A stretch of DNA of 64,000 nucleotides, from NCBI GenBank assembly GCA_964500725.1, contig CAZCNP010000001.1:257520-321519 (forward strand). The letters run 5' to 3'. Made by a program: the position numbers and the translations under genes. Each line of letters starts with the position of its first letter. Position 1 is the stretch's first letter. The DNA comes from an uncultured Gammaproteobacteria bacterium. GTDB lineage: Bacteria > Patescibacteriota > Microgenomatia > Daviesbacterales > UBA10151. This document shows positions 9,223 through 18,640 of the stretch, one piece after another. The notes under the pieces were generated by a model that saw only the letters and a program-made list of their open reading frames with translations, searched no databases and was not told the origin of the DNA.

Positions 9223-11226
9223 TTACAGTGGGATTTTACCCTCTGTACTTTTTGGCTTAGTCCAAGAAGCAAATTTGCAGCCTGGCCAATTTTTACAGCC
9301 ATAAAAAGTTTTTCCTCTTTTGGTTTTTCTGACTACTACTTCTCCTCCATCTAAAGGACATTTTGCATTAATTTTTTCTTCCATGGATTCAGTATGCTTG
9401 CAATCCGGGAAGCCAGAACAAGCAAAAAACTTTCCAAATTTACCGATCCTAACAATTAGCTCCTTACCACACTCTGGACATTTTTTACCAACCAGAACAA
9501 CCTCCATCTTAACCTTCTGGGCTGTTTGGGAAACTTTTTCTATCTTTTGCTCAAATGGTTCAAAAAAAGTTTTTAATGTTGGCTTCCATTCTCTTTCCCC
9601 CCTGGCTATCTCATCTAACTCCTCCTCCATGCGAGCAGTAAAGGCAAAATCTACAATATCAGCAAAATTTGCAACTAAAAAATCTGTGACTGCAAACCCT
9701 AAGCTGGTAGGAACAAACTTCTTTTCCAGCTTTTCAACATAGAATCTTTCTTGAATGGTGGATAAAATTGGGGCATAGGTTGAAGGACGACCAATACCCA
9801 GCTCTTCCAGCTTTTTAATCAAAGAAGCCTCAGTGAATCTGGGAGGAGGCTCTGTAAAGTGCTGGCTTGGCTGCAGCTCAATTAAGTTTAGATTATCGCT
9901 TTCTTCAAGCTGGGGTAGTTTTTGTTCTTTTGATTCTTGTGTCTCTTTAGATTCATCTTCCTGGTCCTCTTTTTTTGTATATAGTTTTAACCAACCATCA
10001 AATTTAACAACACTTCCTGTTGCGCGCAATAAATAATCACCAGCTTTTACATCAATAGTAGTTTGGTCTAAAACAGCCTCGTTCATCTGGCAAGCCACAA
10101 ATCTTTTCCAAATTAGATCATAAAGCCTGAAATGATCCTTATTCATTCCGCTGATCTGTCTAATATCCAAGCTCTGACGTCTAACGTCTGTCACTCTGAT
10201 AGCCTCATGAGCTTCTTGAGCATTCTTAGATTTAGATTTAAAAAGCCTGGGGGAACCGGGCAGATATTGCTTACCAAGAGAGCTGCCAATGTATCCTCTG
10301 ACTGCCCCAATTGCCTGAGAAGACAAATTAACAGAGTCTGTTCTCATATAGGTAATCAACCCATGCTCGTATAAAGCCTGTGCTATCATCATGGTCTTTT
10401 TTGCTGACATTCCTAATTTATTAGCAGCAGCCTGCTGCAACGTTGAGGTAGTAAAAGGAGGATAAGGGTAACGCCTGACTTCTTTTTTGGTTACTTTAGA
10501 AACTAAAAACTGGGCATTCTTTAAATTATTAACATGAGTTTCTGCTTCCTCTTGGTTGTTTATCTCGAGCTTTTTACCCTCTTTTTCTATTAAAGTTGCA
10601 ACAAATCTTCCTTCCTCGCCCTGATTACCTTCCAACTCAACTTCTACTATCCAATACTCTATTGCTTTAAAAGCTTGAATCTCTTTTTCTCTTTCTACAA
10701 TCAGTCTTAAGGCTACTGATTGCACTCTTCCTGCAGAGAGACCTTTTTTCACTTTTGCCCAAAGCAATGGTGAAAGTTTATATCCTACTAATCTATCCAA
10801 AATTCTCCTGGCTTGTTGGGCATCAACTAACTTAAAATCAATCAATCTGGGATGTTCAAAAGCCTGTTTTATAGCTTCTTCTGTAATCTCATGGAAAACT
10901 ACTCTTTTAATCTCAGATTTAATATTTGCACCACCTAACAGCTCTGAAATATGCCAAGCAATTGCTTCACCTTCCCTATCAGGGTCTGTTGCCAAATAAA
11001 GAGTTGTAGCCTCTTTTGCAACCTTTTTTAGCTCATTTACCCTTTTGGTTTTATCACGGGGAATCACATACTTGGGTTCAAAATTATGCTCAACATCCAC
11101 TCCAAACTCAGACTTTGGCAAATCTCTAATGTGCCCCATTGAGGCTTCAACTAGAAATTGCGGTCCTAGAAATTTTTGCAACATTTTTGATTTAGTTGGA
11201 CTTTCTACCACCACTAGATTATTCAT
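9223..11226 (-). CDS. topA: DNA topoisomerase I with C-terminal Zn-ribbon repeats
   Basis: TOPRIM N-terminus (LVVVESPTKSK), active-site region LITYMRTDS, C-terminal CPECG.../C..C zinc fingers. Confidence 0.95.
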   Translation of the reverse strand: MNNLVVVESPTKSKMLQKFLGPQFLVEASMGHIRDLPKSEFGVDVEHNFEPKYVIPRDKTKRVNELKKVAKEATTLYLATDPDREGEAIAWHISELLGGANIKSEIKRVVFHEITEEAIKQAFEHPRLIDFKLVDAQQARRILDRLVGYKLSPLLWAKVKKGLSAGRVQSVALRLIVEREKEIQAFKAIEYWIVEVELEGNQGEEGRFVATLIEKEGKKLEINNQEEAETHVNNLKNAQFLVSKVTKKEVRRYPYPPFTTSTLQQAAANKLGMSAKKTMMIAQALYEHGLITYMRTDSVNLSSQAIGAVRGYIGSSLGKQYLPGSPRLFKSKSKNAQEAHEAIRVTDVRRQSLDIRQISGMNKDHFRLYDLIWKRFVACQMNEAVLDQTTIDVKAGDYLLRATGSVVKFDGWLKLYTKKEDQEDESKETQESKEQKLPQLEESDNLNLIELQPSQHFTEPPPRFTEASLIKKLEELGIGRPSTYAPILSTIQERFYVEKLEKKFVPTSLGFAVTDFLVANFADIVDFAFTARMEEELDEIARGEREWKPTLKTFFEPFEQKIEKVSQTAQKVKMEVVLVGKKCPECGKELIVRIGKFGKFFACSGFPDCKHTESMEEKINAKCPLDGGEVVVRKTKRGKTFYGCKNWPGCKFASWTKPKSTEGKIPL

Positions 11227-11267
11227 ATTAATTAACTCTCGGATAATTGTACGGGACTTGTCAAGTA

Positions 11268-11522
11268 TTAAAGACCGCTAAAATCTTCATCTAAAACTTG
11301 AGGGTTAATACTTTCTAGCTCCTTTTGCAAATCAGTAGAACTATCATACTGCACTTGCGCAGGAGGATTATATGATGAAGTTGAGGGAGTTGGAGTTACT
11401 TGATTTGCTTGATTTTGTTTAGAGGCTGGACTGGTAAGAGACGATACCTTTTGATTAAAAAGAAAGAAAATTATAACTACCCCTATTATCAATAAAACTA
11501 AAAATATTTTTTTACTGCTCAT
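11268..11522 (-). CDS. small membrane-anchored hypothetical protein
   Basis: N-terminal TM helix, low-complexity tail. Confidence 0.3.
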   Translation of the reverse strand: MSSKKIFLVLLIIGVVIIFFLFNQKVSSLTSPASKQNQANQVTPTPSTSSYNPPAQVQYDSSTDLQKELESINPQVLDEDFSGL

Positions 11523-11883
11523 TCAAAGCCTTTCCTACCTCTATCTTTGCTTTTAAAATTTTATTTTTTAACCCCAAAAAACTGCTTCTGAGCTGAGTTT
11601 TTGAAGAGTATTTTTGAGCTCTTTGGAAGGCTATAGCCTCAGCTGCTGAAGTAATCCAGTAATCAGCGCTTTCAATTTGGGTATCCACTCCTCCAAAAGC
11701 TACCCTGGTTTCTGTAATTCCTTTTCTTCTTCTTAACTCTTCCATAATTGCTGCCAGTTTTACCATATCTGCCTCAAACCTGCTGCAGACTTTTTGATTA
11801 ACCATATCCAAGGAAACACTAGCATAAGCAGTAATGGGTACAAATATTATCAGGAGCACAAAAAGTAGAACCAACTTCTTCAC
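11512..11883 (-). CDS. secreted hypothetical protein
   Basis: Signal-peptide-like N-terminus; 8-nt overlap with the downstream small ORF suggests coupling. Confidence 0.4.
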   Translation of the reverse strand: MKKLVLLFVLLIIFVPITAYASVSLDMVNQKVCSRFEADMVKLAAIMEELRRRKGITETRVAFGGVDTQIESADYWITSAAEAIAFQRAQKYSSKTQLRSSFLGLKNKILKAKIEVGKALNEQ

Positions 11884-11945
11884 TCTTCTAGCATAACATT
11901 TTAAATATATCTTCTACCACTGTTCTGATGAATGGTTAAATAAAG

Positions 11946-13169
11946 TTAGGGTTCGGTAACCTGTAACTCACAGGGCATTAAATCTATTGCCTGTTCCCAA
12001 CCGATGTTATTATCAGTACTCAAGATAGGAAAAAGTCTACTCACGGGTACAGCTCTTGGAAATTGAGCTAAAATATTCACTTCAGGAATTATTAACCTCT
12101 GCGCACTAAGAGCAATATTTCCTTCTTGAGATTCAGATACCTGGTAAACATATTCCCCATATCTATATACTTCACCAATCCGAATCTCATCAGTCTGAAA
12201 AACTTGTCTTGTTAAAATATTTTCTATACTAACCTCGAATTGATTTGGGTCTGATTGAGAAGGTTTATAGCTAATATCATAATAAGCAGCCTGTGATAAC
12301 TGATCATAATGGTCATCTAGGGTACCAGCAACTACCTGTTTTAATTGATCGATTACTAACATATCTTGTTGTTCGGGATTCATAGTAGGAAAGTAAGCAG
12401 GTAAATTCTTTGATGTTTCTAAATAAAGTTGCATTGCTAGTTGAGCCATATCCTCAGATGGAAGTTTTGGTCGTAAAGGCTCCAACTTATGAATAATTAG
12501 AAACATTAATGAGGTAGAAAGATCATTTTTAAAACCTTGAGGCCAAGCTTTCTGCTTTTCCTGAATTTCTTCGGTTAAGCTATTCACATAAGCAAGTAGC
12601 GACCAATCTTCTGGCATAAATAATGAACCCTTATGAGTTCCAAAAAGCTCTACCAGATCTTGCAAATTTTCCTCCAATGTACGTTGATCATGTAAATAAG
12701 ACCAACGTTCATCGTCAGCCATCGAGACTATATCTATACCTTGCTCTACGTCTTTATCCCCAGCTTTTCTTTCTATCTCAGCATGCAGCATAAAGGAGTT
12801 TATATCTCCCGGGTATCGATATTGAGCATGAAAGTGAATATCTCTTTCATCTGTTAGTTTATCCAGAACCAGGTTTATATAGCAAGCTTCTGGGGATAGT
12901 GCATCACGAGTATGAATTTCAACACTCCTATCGTCATTAAGTAAATAAAATACTTGATATTCATTTCCATCAGGTGAATCTTGAGTACGAATTTGGGTCC
13001 TCCTATAAGCAGATATTGGTGAGCTATCAGGTAAATGATTGGTGCGAACAAAGAGTTGGTATTTAGGATCTTTCTCCCAAGTTGTTTTAATACCATTTTC
13101 CGGATCTATTTTGCTAGCCAAAAATCGTTGGCGCCTTTTATCCCATCTTAATTCAGGTTCTATTTCCAT
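11946..13169 (-). CDS. hypothetical protein (407 aa), no recognisable domain
   Basis: Long ORF of coding-like composition; by eye somewhat higher GC than neighbours; sits beside a TA pair. Confidence 0.45.
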   Translation of the reverse strand: MEIEPELRWDKRRQRFLASKIDPENGIKTTWEKDPKYQLFVRTNHLPDSSPISAYRRTQIRTQDSPDGNEYQVFYLLNDDRSVEIHTRDALSPEACYINLVLDKLTDERDIHFHAQYRYPGDINSFMLHAEIERKAGDKDVEQGIDIVSMADDERWSYLHDQRTLEENLQDLVELFGTHKGSLFMPEDWSLLAYVNSLTEEIQEKQKAWPQGFKNDLSTSLMFLIIHKLEPLRPKLPSEDMAQLAMQLYLETSKNLPAYFPTMNPEQQDMLVIDQLKQVVAGTLDDHYDQLSQAAYYDISYKPSQSDPNQFEVSIENILTRQVFQTDEIRIGEVYRYGEYVYQVSESQEGNIALSAQRLIIPEVNILAQFPRAVPVSRLFPILSTDNNIGWEQAIDLMPCELQVTEP

Positions 13170-13301
13170 ATTATGGAGATTATACCAAGAAGAGGTCTTT
13201 ATTGCTAATTATAGGACTATAAATCTATCCTTTATTAGGAGGACAATCAAACTTCTATCCCAGCAGAAGATCGGTATTTGGTGCAAACGAAAGACCCTTG
13301 A

Positions 13302-13586
13302 TTAATATTTCCTGTATTTGTCATGTTTGCCAATATCAATTAATATGACTGCATTCTCCTCTTTCCAGATAAAAAATATTCTGTCAGACCTATTTAAACG
13401 AATTGTGTACTTACCTTTTGTATTTTTTAGCTTCTCTGTACGTAATCCTGGATGAGTGGGATTCGAGATGAATATAGTAACTGCTTTCCTATAATCTTCA
13501 AGGTGAATACGATTATTTTTAATATATTTTTTAAGCTCATTTAGAAAATGTTGTGTATATTCTAAGCTTATCTTAAGAGGAGACAT
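13302..13586 (-). CDS. type II toxin, RelE/ParE family
   Basis: GKYTIRLNRSDRIFFIWKEENAVILIDIGKHDKY is a RelE/ParE-fold C-terminus; 14-nt overlap with the upstream Phd/YefM-like gene. Confidence 0.7.
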   Translation of the reverse strand: MSPLKISLEYTQHFLNELKKYIKNNRIHLEDYRKAVTIFISNPTHPGLRTEKLKNTKGKYTIRLNRSDRIFFIWKEENAVILIDIGKHDKYRKY

Positions 13587-13842
13587 ACTTTTCTAGCTCT
13601 TGCAGATCTTCTTCTAACTCCTCAATTGTTTTAATTACCTTAGTCTTACCAGCTTTCGAATCTTTTAATGCTTGCTCTGCCAAAATATCTAGTTGTATTT
13701 TCTCCATTAAATCAAGTCCAATTATGGCACCAAGGGGTTTATTATTGGCCATCACCACAATAGGCTCTTTTGTTTTATTAGCTTTTTCTAAAACCTTTTT
13801 ATATTCTCTTTGGATTTGTCTTGCTGAAACAGTGTTAAACAT
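13573..13842 (-). CDS. type II antitoxin, Phd/YefM family
   Basis: NTVSARQIQREYKKVLEKA..EPIVVMANNKPLGAIIGLDLMEKI is a YefM/Phd pattern; precedes and overlaps the toxin. Confidence 0.7.
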   Translation of the reverse strand: MFNTVSARQIQREYKKVLEKANKTKEPIVVMANNKPLGAIIGLDLMEKIQLDILAEQALKDSKAGKTKVIKTIEELEEDLQELEKYVSS

Positions 13843-13898
13843 AATACTAATATTATACTTTTAATTAATATGTACGTCAAGATGACATACAATTATTT

Positions 13899-16433
13899 CT
13901 ATCCAGATAAAAGCTCAACCCCTGCTGTAAATGGTTGGCCCTTTATTAGTTGATTTTGCAGAATCAGCTTAGAAAGTTGGGCTTCTAAAGTATCTTGCAT
14001 CAGCCTTCTTAAAGGCCTGGCTCCCAAAACTGGATCAAAACCTCTCTTGGCAAATTCTGCAACTAAGCTAGGATCAAATGCTACCACATAGCCTTTTTCC
14101 TTCATTTGGGCTTGAAGTGAGGCAAGCTTTATTTGGACTATTTTTTGCAAATCCTCTGTTGATAATGGTTTAAAAAGCACTACTTTGTCAAACCTATTAA
14201 TAAGTTCCGGTCTATAAACTTTTAAAAGCTCCTCATTTACCTTTTGCTCTATAGCTTCCATACTTTGCCTAGTTTGCAAACCTTGAGCAATGGTTAAACT
14301 ACCAGCATTGGAGGTAGCAATAATAATAGTGTTGGTAAAGTCCACAGTTCTGCCTGCCCCATCAGTTAATCTTCCATCGTCTAATACTTGTAAAAATAGC
14401 GTCAAAATTTTCTCGTTGGCTTTTTCAAACTCATCCAAAAGCAGCAGCGCATAAGGTCTGCTTCTCACTGCCTCTGTTAAAAACCCTCCTTCTCCTGCAG
14501 CCCCAATCAATCTGCTGACTGATTCACTGTTTTGATATTCAGACATATCAAATCTAATATATGCTCCTGCCCCTTTGAAATACACCTCAGATAAAGTTTT
14601 CGCAAGTTCAGTTTTACCAACACCAGTAGGTCCTACAAATAAAAATGACCCGATTGGCCTGCCTTCCTCCCTTAAACCAGTTACCGAACGCCTTAAAGTA
14701 TCTGCCACAACTTTAACTGCCTGCTCCTGATCTATCAACCTTTGATGAATTTCATCTTCCAAATTTAATAATTTAGCCGTATCAACATTGCCTACATCCA
14801 CAATAGGCACTTTGACTCTTTGGGAAATTACTCTTTTTACCACATCTTTTGTCACCCATTTGTTGAGGGGTTGAGTTAAGCTTTCTTTAAAAACAGAAAT
14901 AGCACTATCCGGCAAAACACGGTCATGAATCAGCTTTTTAGAAAAAGTAACTGCTGTTTTCAAAGCAATAAAAGTAGTTTTTATTTTGCTTCTTCTTTCT
15001 GCCTCAATTGCACGGTATTCTAGTATAGCCAACGTATCTTTTTCCGTTGCAGAAGGCAGTTCAACTTTCCTGAAAAGCCTAGCAAAACTGCCATTTTTTT
15101 CTAAAACTTTGCTGTAACTTTCTGCCTCTGTTGTCCCAATAAATTGGAAAGTGTCTGATTCCAAATACGGCTGTATCATTGAATATAAATTAAAACTTTC
15201 GCCTACCTGACCCATACCGAGTTCATGAATTTCTTCGATAGCGATTATTGAGTTTTGGGCATAGCCTACCTCTTCAAAGATCGCTTTAACTTTTTCTGCC
15301 AGCTCACCTTGAGTTTTTACTCCTGATAATAACTTTGTTAAATCCAAAAGCACTATTCTCTTAGTAGCCAAAGCAGCAGGCGCATCTCCTGTGACAATTT
15401 GTTTTGCCAGAAAACGCAGAGTGGCTGTTTTTCCAGATCCTGGAGGCCCTACTAAAACCACATTTCTACCGCCTTCTTGTGAAAGAATGTTTACTAAGTC
15501 TTTTAAAACCCCGTCTTCACGGATTAAATCAGCAAACCCTTCGGTAGCTGCCTGCCTGGTTAAGTCTATGCTAACCAAATCTAAATTGGGAGTTGGTACT
15601 CCTAACCAACCTCTATTTGTACCTTTCAGATGATGAACAGTAAAATCATCATCCCAAATAAACACTCTTCTCCAGGTAGATCTTTTTTTCTCTAAATAGA
15701 GTAAAGCTTTTTCAAAATCTTCTAAAGTAAGTTCATATTTTAATAAGTAGGTATCAATATTAGGCATTTCTGACAAGGCTGCTACAAAAAAATGGGCAGC
15801 ATTTAAATATACGCTTCCACAGACTCTTCCTAACTCATATGCCTTCTTTGATACACTTTGCTCGCCGGTAATTTCAAATGCTGGAAGGAAAGATTGTTCA
15901 ATCTCTAAGTTAGCCAAGAGGTCTTTTACCTGATAAGTTTCCAGCAGCTTGTTAAACATTAAATCTTTTCTTTCAAGCAAGGAAGCTTTCCAAAAATCCT
16001 GATCTCTTTTACCAATCTGCCATAGTTTTTTATGAGGATTAACAAATATATTGATAAGAAAAAGACCCAAGCCAGACAAAAATATAGCAATACTAATAAG
16101 ATGAGGTGTATCAAAAATAGCAGCTGCAGGCAGGATCAACCAATAACCACCTATTAAAAATAAAATTACTGTTGCCGCAGCAAATGAAAATAACCCCATG
16201 ACAATTCTGACAAACCGGAAAAGAAAACTTAGTATTCTCCCTACTATTGTGCAGTCATGAAAAAGCGGCGTAAAAAGCAGTCTAAACATCAGCATCACAG
16301 CCAAATCTTCTTCCAAAAAAAGCATTAAATTCTTCCAAGTCCTTACAAAAAAGGCTACAGAATCTGGATACCAAAATTTAAATAAACTAATAGGTAAGGC
16401 TAAATATTTCATTTTCGTTAGAAAATAGTCCAC
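13899..16433 (-). CDS. Clp/Hsp100-type double-AAA+ ATPase with N-terminal multi-TM region
   Basis: Two P-loops (LVGPPGSGKT; FVGPTGVGKTELAK), and a sensor/arginine-finger region; first about 130 aa carry 3-4 hydrophobic helices in place of a ClpA/B N-domain. Confidence 0.75.
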   Translation of the reverse strand: MDYFLTKMKYLALPISLFKFWYPDSVAFFVRTWKNLMLFLEEDLAVMLMFRLLFTPLFHDCTIVGRILSFLFRFVRIVMGLFSFAAATVILFLIGGYWLILPAAAIFDTPHLISIAIFLSGLGLFLINIFVNPHKKLWQIGKRDQDFWKASLLERKDLMFNKLLETYQVKDLLANLEIEQSFLPAFEITGEQSVSKKAYELGRVCGSVYLNAAHFFVAALSEMPNIDTYLLKYELTLEDFEKALLYLEKKRSTWRRVFIWDDDFTVHHLKGTNRGWLGVPTPNLDLVSIDLTRQAATEGFADLIREDGVLKDLVNILSQEGGRNVVLVGPPGSGKTATLRFLAKQIVTGDAPAALATKRIVLLDLTKLLSGVKTQGELAEKVKAIFEEVGYAQNSIIAIEEIHELGMGQVGESFNLYSMIQPYLESDTFQFIGTTEAESYSKVLEKNGSFARLFRKVELPSATEKDTLAILEYRAIEAERRSKIKTTFIALKTAVTFSKKLIHDRVLPDSAISVFKESLTQPLNKWVTKDVVKRVISQRVKVPIVDVGNVDTAKLLNLEDEIHQRLIDQEQAVKVVADTLRRSVTGLREEGRPIGSFLFVGPTGVGKTELAKTLSEVYFKGAGAYIRFDMSEYQNSESVSRLIGAAGEGGFLTEAVRSRPYALLLLDEFEKANEKILTLFLQVLDDGRLTDGAGRTVDFTNTIIIATSNAGSLTIAQGLQTRQSMEAIEQKVNEELLKVYRPELINRFDKVVLFKPLSTEDLQKIVQIKLASLQAQMKEKGYVVAFDPSLVAEFAKRGFDPVLGARPLRRLMQDTLEAQLSKLILQNQLIKGQPFTAGVELLSG

Positions 16434-16435
16434 GT

Positions 16436-16807
16436 CTATTTTGCTCTTATCAGATTCCCTTCTATATCAAGTTCTACAAAATGCTCTACCCTGCCTTCCA
16501 AGTAAGCAACACATTGATTTTCAGGCAAGTCATCTATTGGTAAACGGGGATTATGAACTGTATCTACCACCCAATTTGCCATTAGGGCATTAGAAAGACA
16601 AGGGCCATTTGAAAAATTCTCCCCTCTTTCTTTCCTCTGGCGATACAGAAATATTGCCTGGTTTGCTGCAGCGTCAATCTCGCTTTTCGGAACTGTTTTT
16701 ATAATAAAATTATTAAAAAGAAGGGTAGCTACTACCGTTAAAATTACCACTGTCAAAGAAATAAAAAAAAGTAAGTTTTTTCTTTCAAATAAGATTGGAT
16801 TGGGCAT
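16436..16807 (-). CDS. membrane-anchored hypothetical protein
   Basis: One N-terminal TM helix; stop lies 3 nt from the AAA+ gene start. Confidence 0.4.
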   Translation of the reverse strand: MPNPILFERKNLLFFISLTVVILTVVATLLFNNFIIKTVPKSEIDAAANQAIFLYRQRKERGENFSNGPCLSNALMANWVVDTVHNPRLPIDDLPENQCVAYLEGRVEHFVELDIEGNLIRAK

Positions 16808-16811
16808 TGTA

Positions 16812-17900
16812 TTATCTCTTGCAGTATATCCCAGCTCCTATACTAACAACAAGTCCTGAAATCTCCATTTTTAAAAGCAAGACAGAAATCTTTGCAGATG
16901 GAAGTTGCAGGCATCTGCCAATTTCATCAATATGCAAATTCTCATTTTCTAAACTCTGCAAAACTCTTTTCTCCTCTTCAGATATTTTTAGCTTACTCTG
17001 ATCTTTTGACCCTAGATTAACACTACTAACTCCTAATTCTTCTAACACTTCATCTGGACTAAAAACTGCTTTTGCTCCTTCCCTAATAAGGCTTACTGGT
17101 CCTTTAGATAAATTTGAAGTGACTGGACCAGGCACTGCAAACACCTCTCTTCCTTGCTCTAAAGCAAGCTTGGCAGTAATCAGTGAACCACTATTTTCCG
17201 CTGCTTCAATTACTAAAACCCCTAGAGATAAACCAGAAATTATTCTATTTCTGACAGGAAAATTCCCTGGTAAAGGGGATGCATCAGGAAGAAATTCTGA
17301 AATTACAGCCCCATACCCTGCAGTAATTTTCTCGGTCAAGCTTCTATTTTCATAAGGGAAAATGCGATTTAGGCCTCCACCTAAAACTGCAATGGTTTTA
17401 CCTTCTTGCAAAACTGCAGATAAATGAGCTTGACTGTCTACGCCGCTGGCCAATCCAGAAACAATAGTTAAACCAGCATTTGCAAGCCCTTGGGTAAACT
17501 GTGCTGTTACCACTTTTCCATATCCACTAATTTTTCTCGAACCCACCACCGCAATAGATGACTTATTCCAATCATTTATCTCACCTTTGTAATATAAAAC
17601 TGCTGGTGGATCATAAATTTCTTTTAAAAGATTAGGGTAATTTTTATCTAAAATCGTAAGCCACTTAATACCTGATTTTTGAATCGACTCCGCATAACTT
17701 TCTGGCTCTAAAGTTTTTCTAGTCTGAAGTAGAATTTCTATTATATTTTTGGGGATACCAACTTTATAAAATTCCTGCGCATCTGCCTCCCAGGCTAATT
17801 TTGGGTCTTTAAAATAGTCCAAAATTGCCTTAAGCCTTCTTGGTCCTAAACCATTTATAGAATGTAAGGCTAATAAATAAGGAGTGTTAAAATAATTCAC
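16812..17900 (-). CDS. dprA: DNA processing protein DprA (Smf)
   Basis: Rossmann-like core GGGLNRIFPYENRSL..., and VIEAAENSGSLITA are typical DprA. Confidence 0.85.
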   Translation of the reverse strand: MNYFNTPYLLALHSINGLGPRRLKAILDYFKDPKLAWEADAQEFYKVGIPKNIIEILLQTRKTLEPESYAESIQKSGIKWLTILDKNYPNLLKEIYDPPAVLYYKGEINDWNKSSIAVVGSRKISGYGKVVTAQFTQGLANAGLTIVSGLASGVDSQAHLSAVLQEGKTIAVLGGGLNRIFPYENRSLTEKITAGYGAVISEFLPDASPLPGNFPVRNRIISGLSLGVLVIEAAENSGSLITAKLALEQGREVFAVPGPVTSNLSKGPVSLIREGAKAVFSPDEVLEELGVSSVNLGSKDQSKLKISEEEKRVLQSLENENLHIDEIGRCLQLPSAKISVLLLKMEISGLVVSIGAGIYCKR

Positions 17901-18604
17901 TGGATAGTAAAGATGCCCAGTTCAGACATTTTTCTTTGACCACAGCCATCACTTGCAATATTCCAGTAATAAGTTCCTGGAGGTAAGTTTTCCCTAGTGT
18001 AGGACTTTTTATCTGTTACAACATCGTTAGCAATGTCTACCTTTTGTAAAACCCCATCATCATCTACCTCTTTTGAGGAAGAAATATTTATATAAGTAAC
18101 CTTAGCACTTTTACTTTTTGTCCAACTTAAGGTAACTGTTGTATCTTCTATTTCAGGCTCATTTAAAGTTGCCTGCTCTATTGTACATACAGTATCAACT
18201 GTATCATTAGTTGTTGATTGAATAGTAAATGTGCCAAGGCTGGAAACTTTTCGTTGTTTACAACCATCAATGACAATATTCCAATAATAAGTTCCTGGAC
18301 TCAAATTGGTTTTTGAATATGAATTTTTGTTTGTCACAACATCGTTTACAATATCTGTAACTTCCAAAGATCCATCAGGTTTTAACGACTTGGAAGTAGA
18401 AACATTTAAATAAGTTTTTTTACTGTTTACACTACCTGTCCAAGATAAATTAACAGTTGAGCCATCAATATTATGTGTACTTAAGACAGCTGGTACAATC
18501 GTGCAATTAGAGCTAATTCTATTTTGAACTTTGGGATAAATTATTAATAAAATAACTATAAAAACAGGCAGAATATATTTAAGATTTTTTAATTTAAAGG
18601 CCAT
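17897..18604 (-). CDS. secreted protein with two tandem approx. 100-aa repeats
   Basis: Internal duplication (…PGTYYWNIVIDGCKQRKVSSLGTFTIQ / …PGTYYWNIASDGCGQRKMSELGIFTIQ), N-terminal TM/signal. Confidence 0.5.
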   Translation of the reverse strand: MAFKLKNLKYILPVFIVILLIIYPKVQNRISSNCTIVPAVLSTHNIDGSTVNLSWTGSVNSKKTYLNVSTSKSLKPDGSLEVTDIVNDVVTNKNSYSKTNLSPGTYYWNIVIDGCKQRKVSSLGTFTIQSTTNDTVDTVCTIEQATLNEPEIEDTTVTLSWTKSKSAKVTYINISSSKEVDDDGVLQKVDIANDVVTDKKSYTRENLPPGTYYWNIASDGCGQRKMSELGIFTIQ

Positions 18605-18640
18605 AGCTTGATTATACTCTATTTTCGCAAAAGAACTTGT

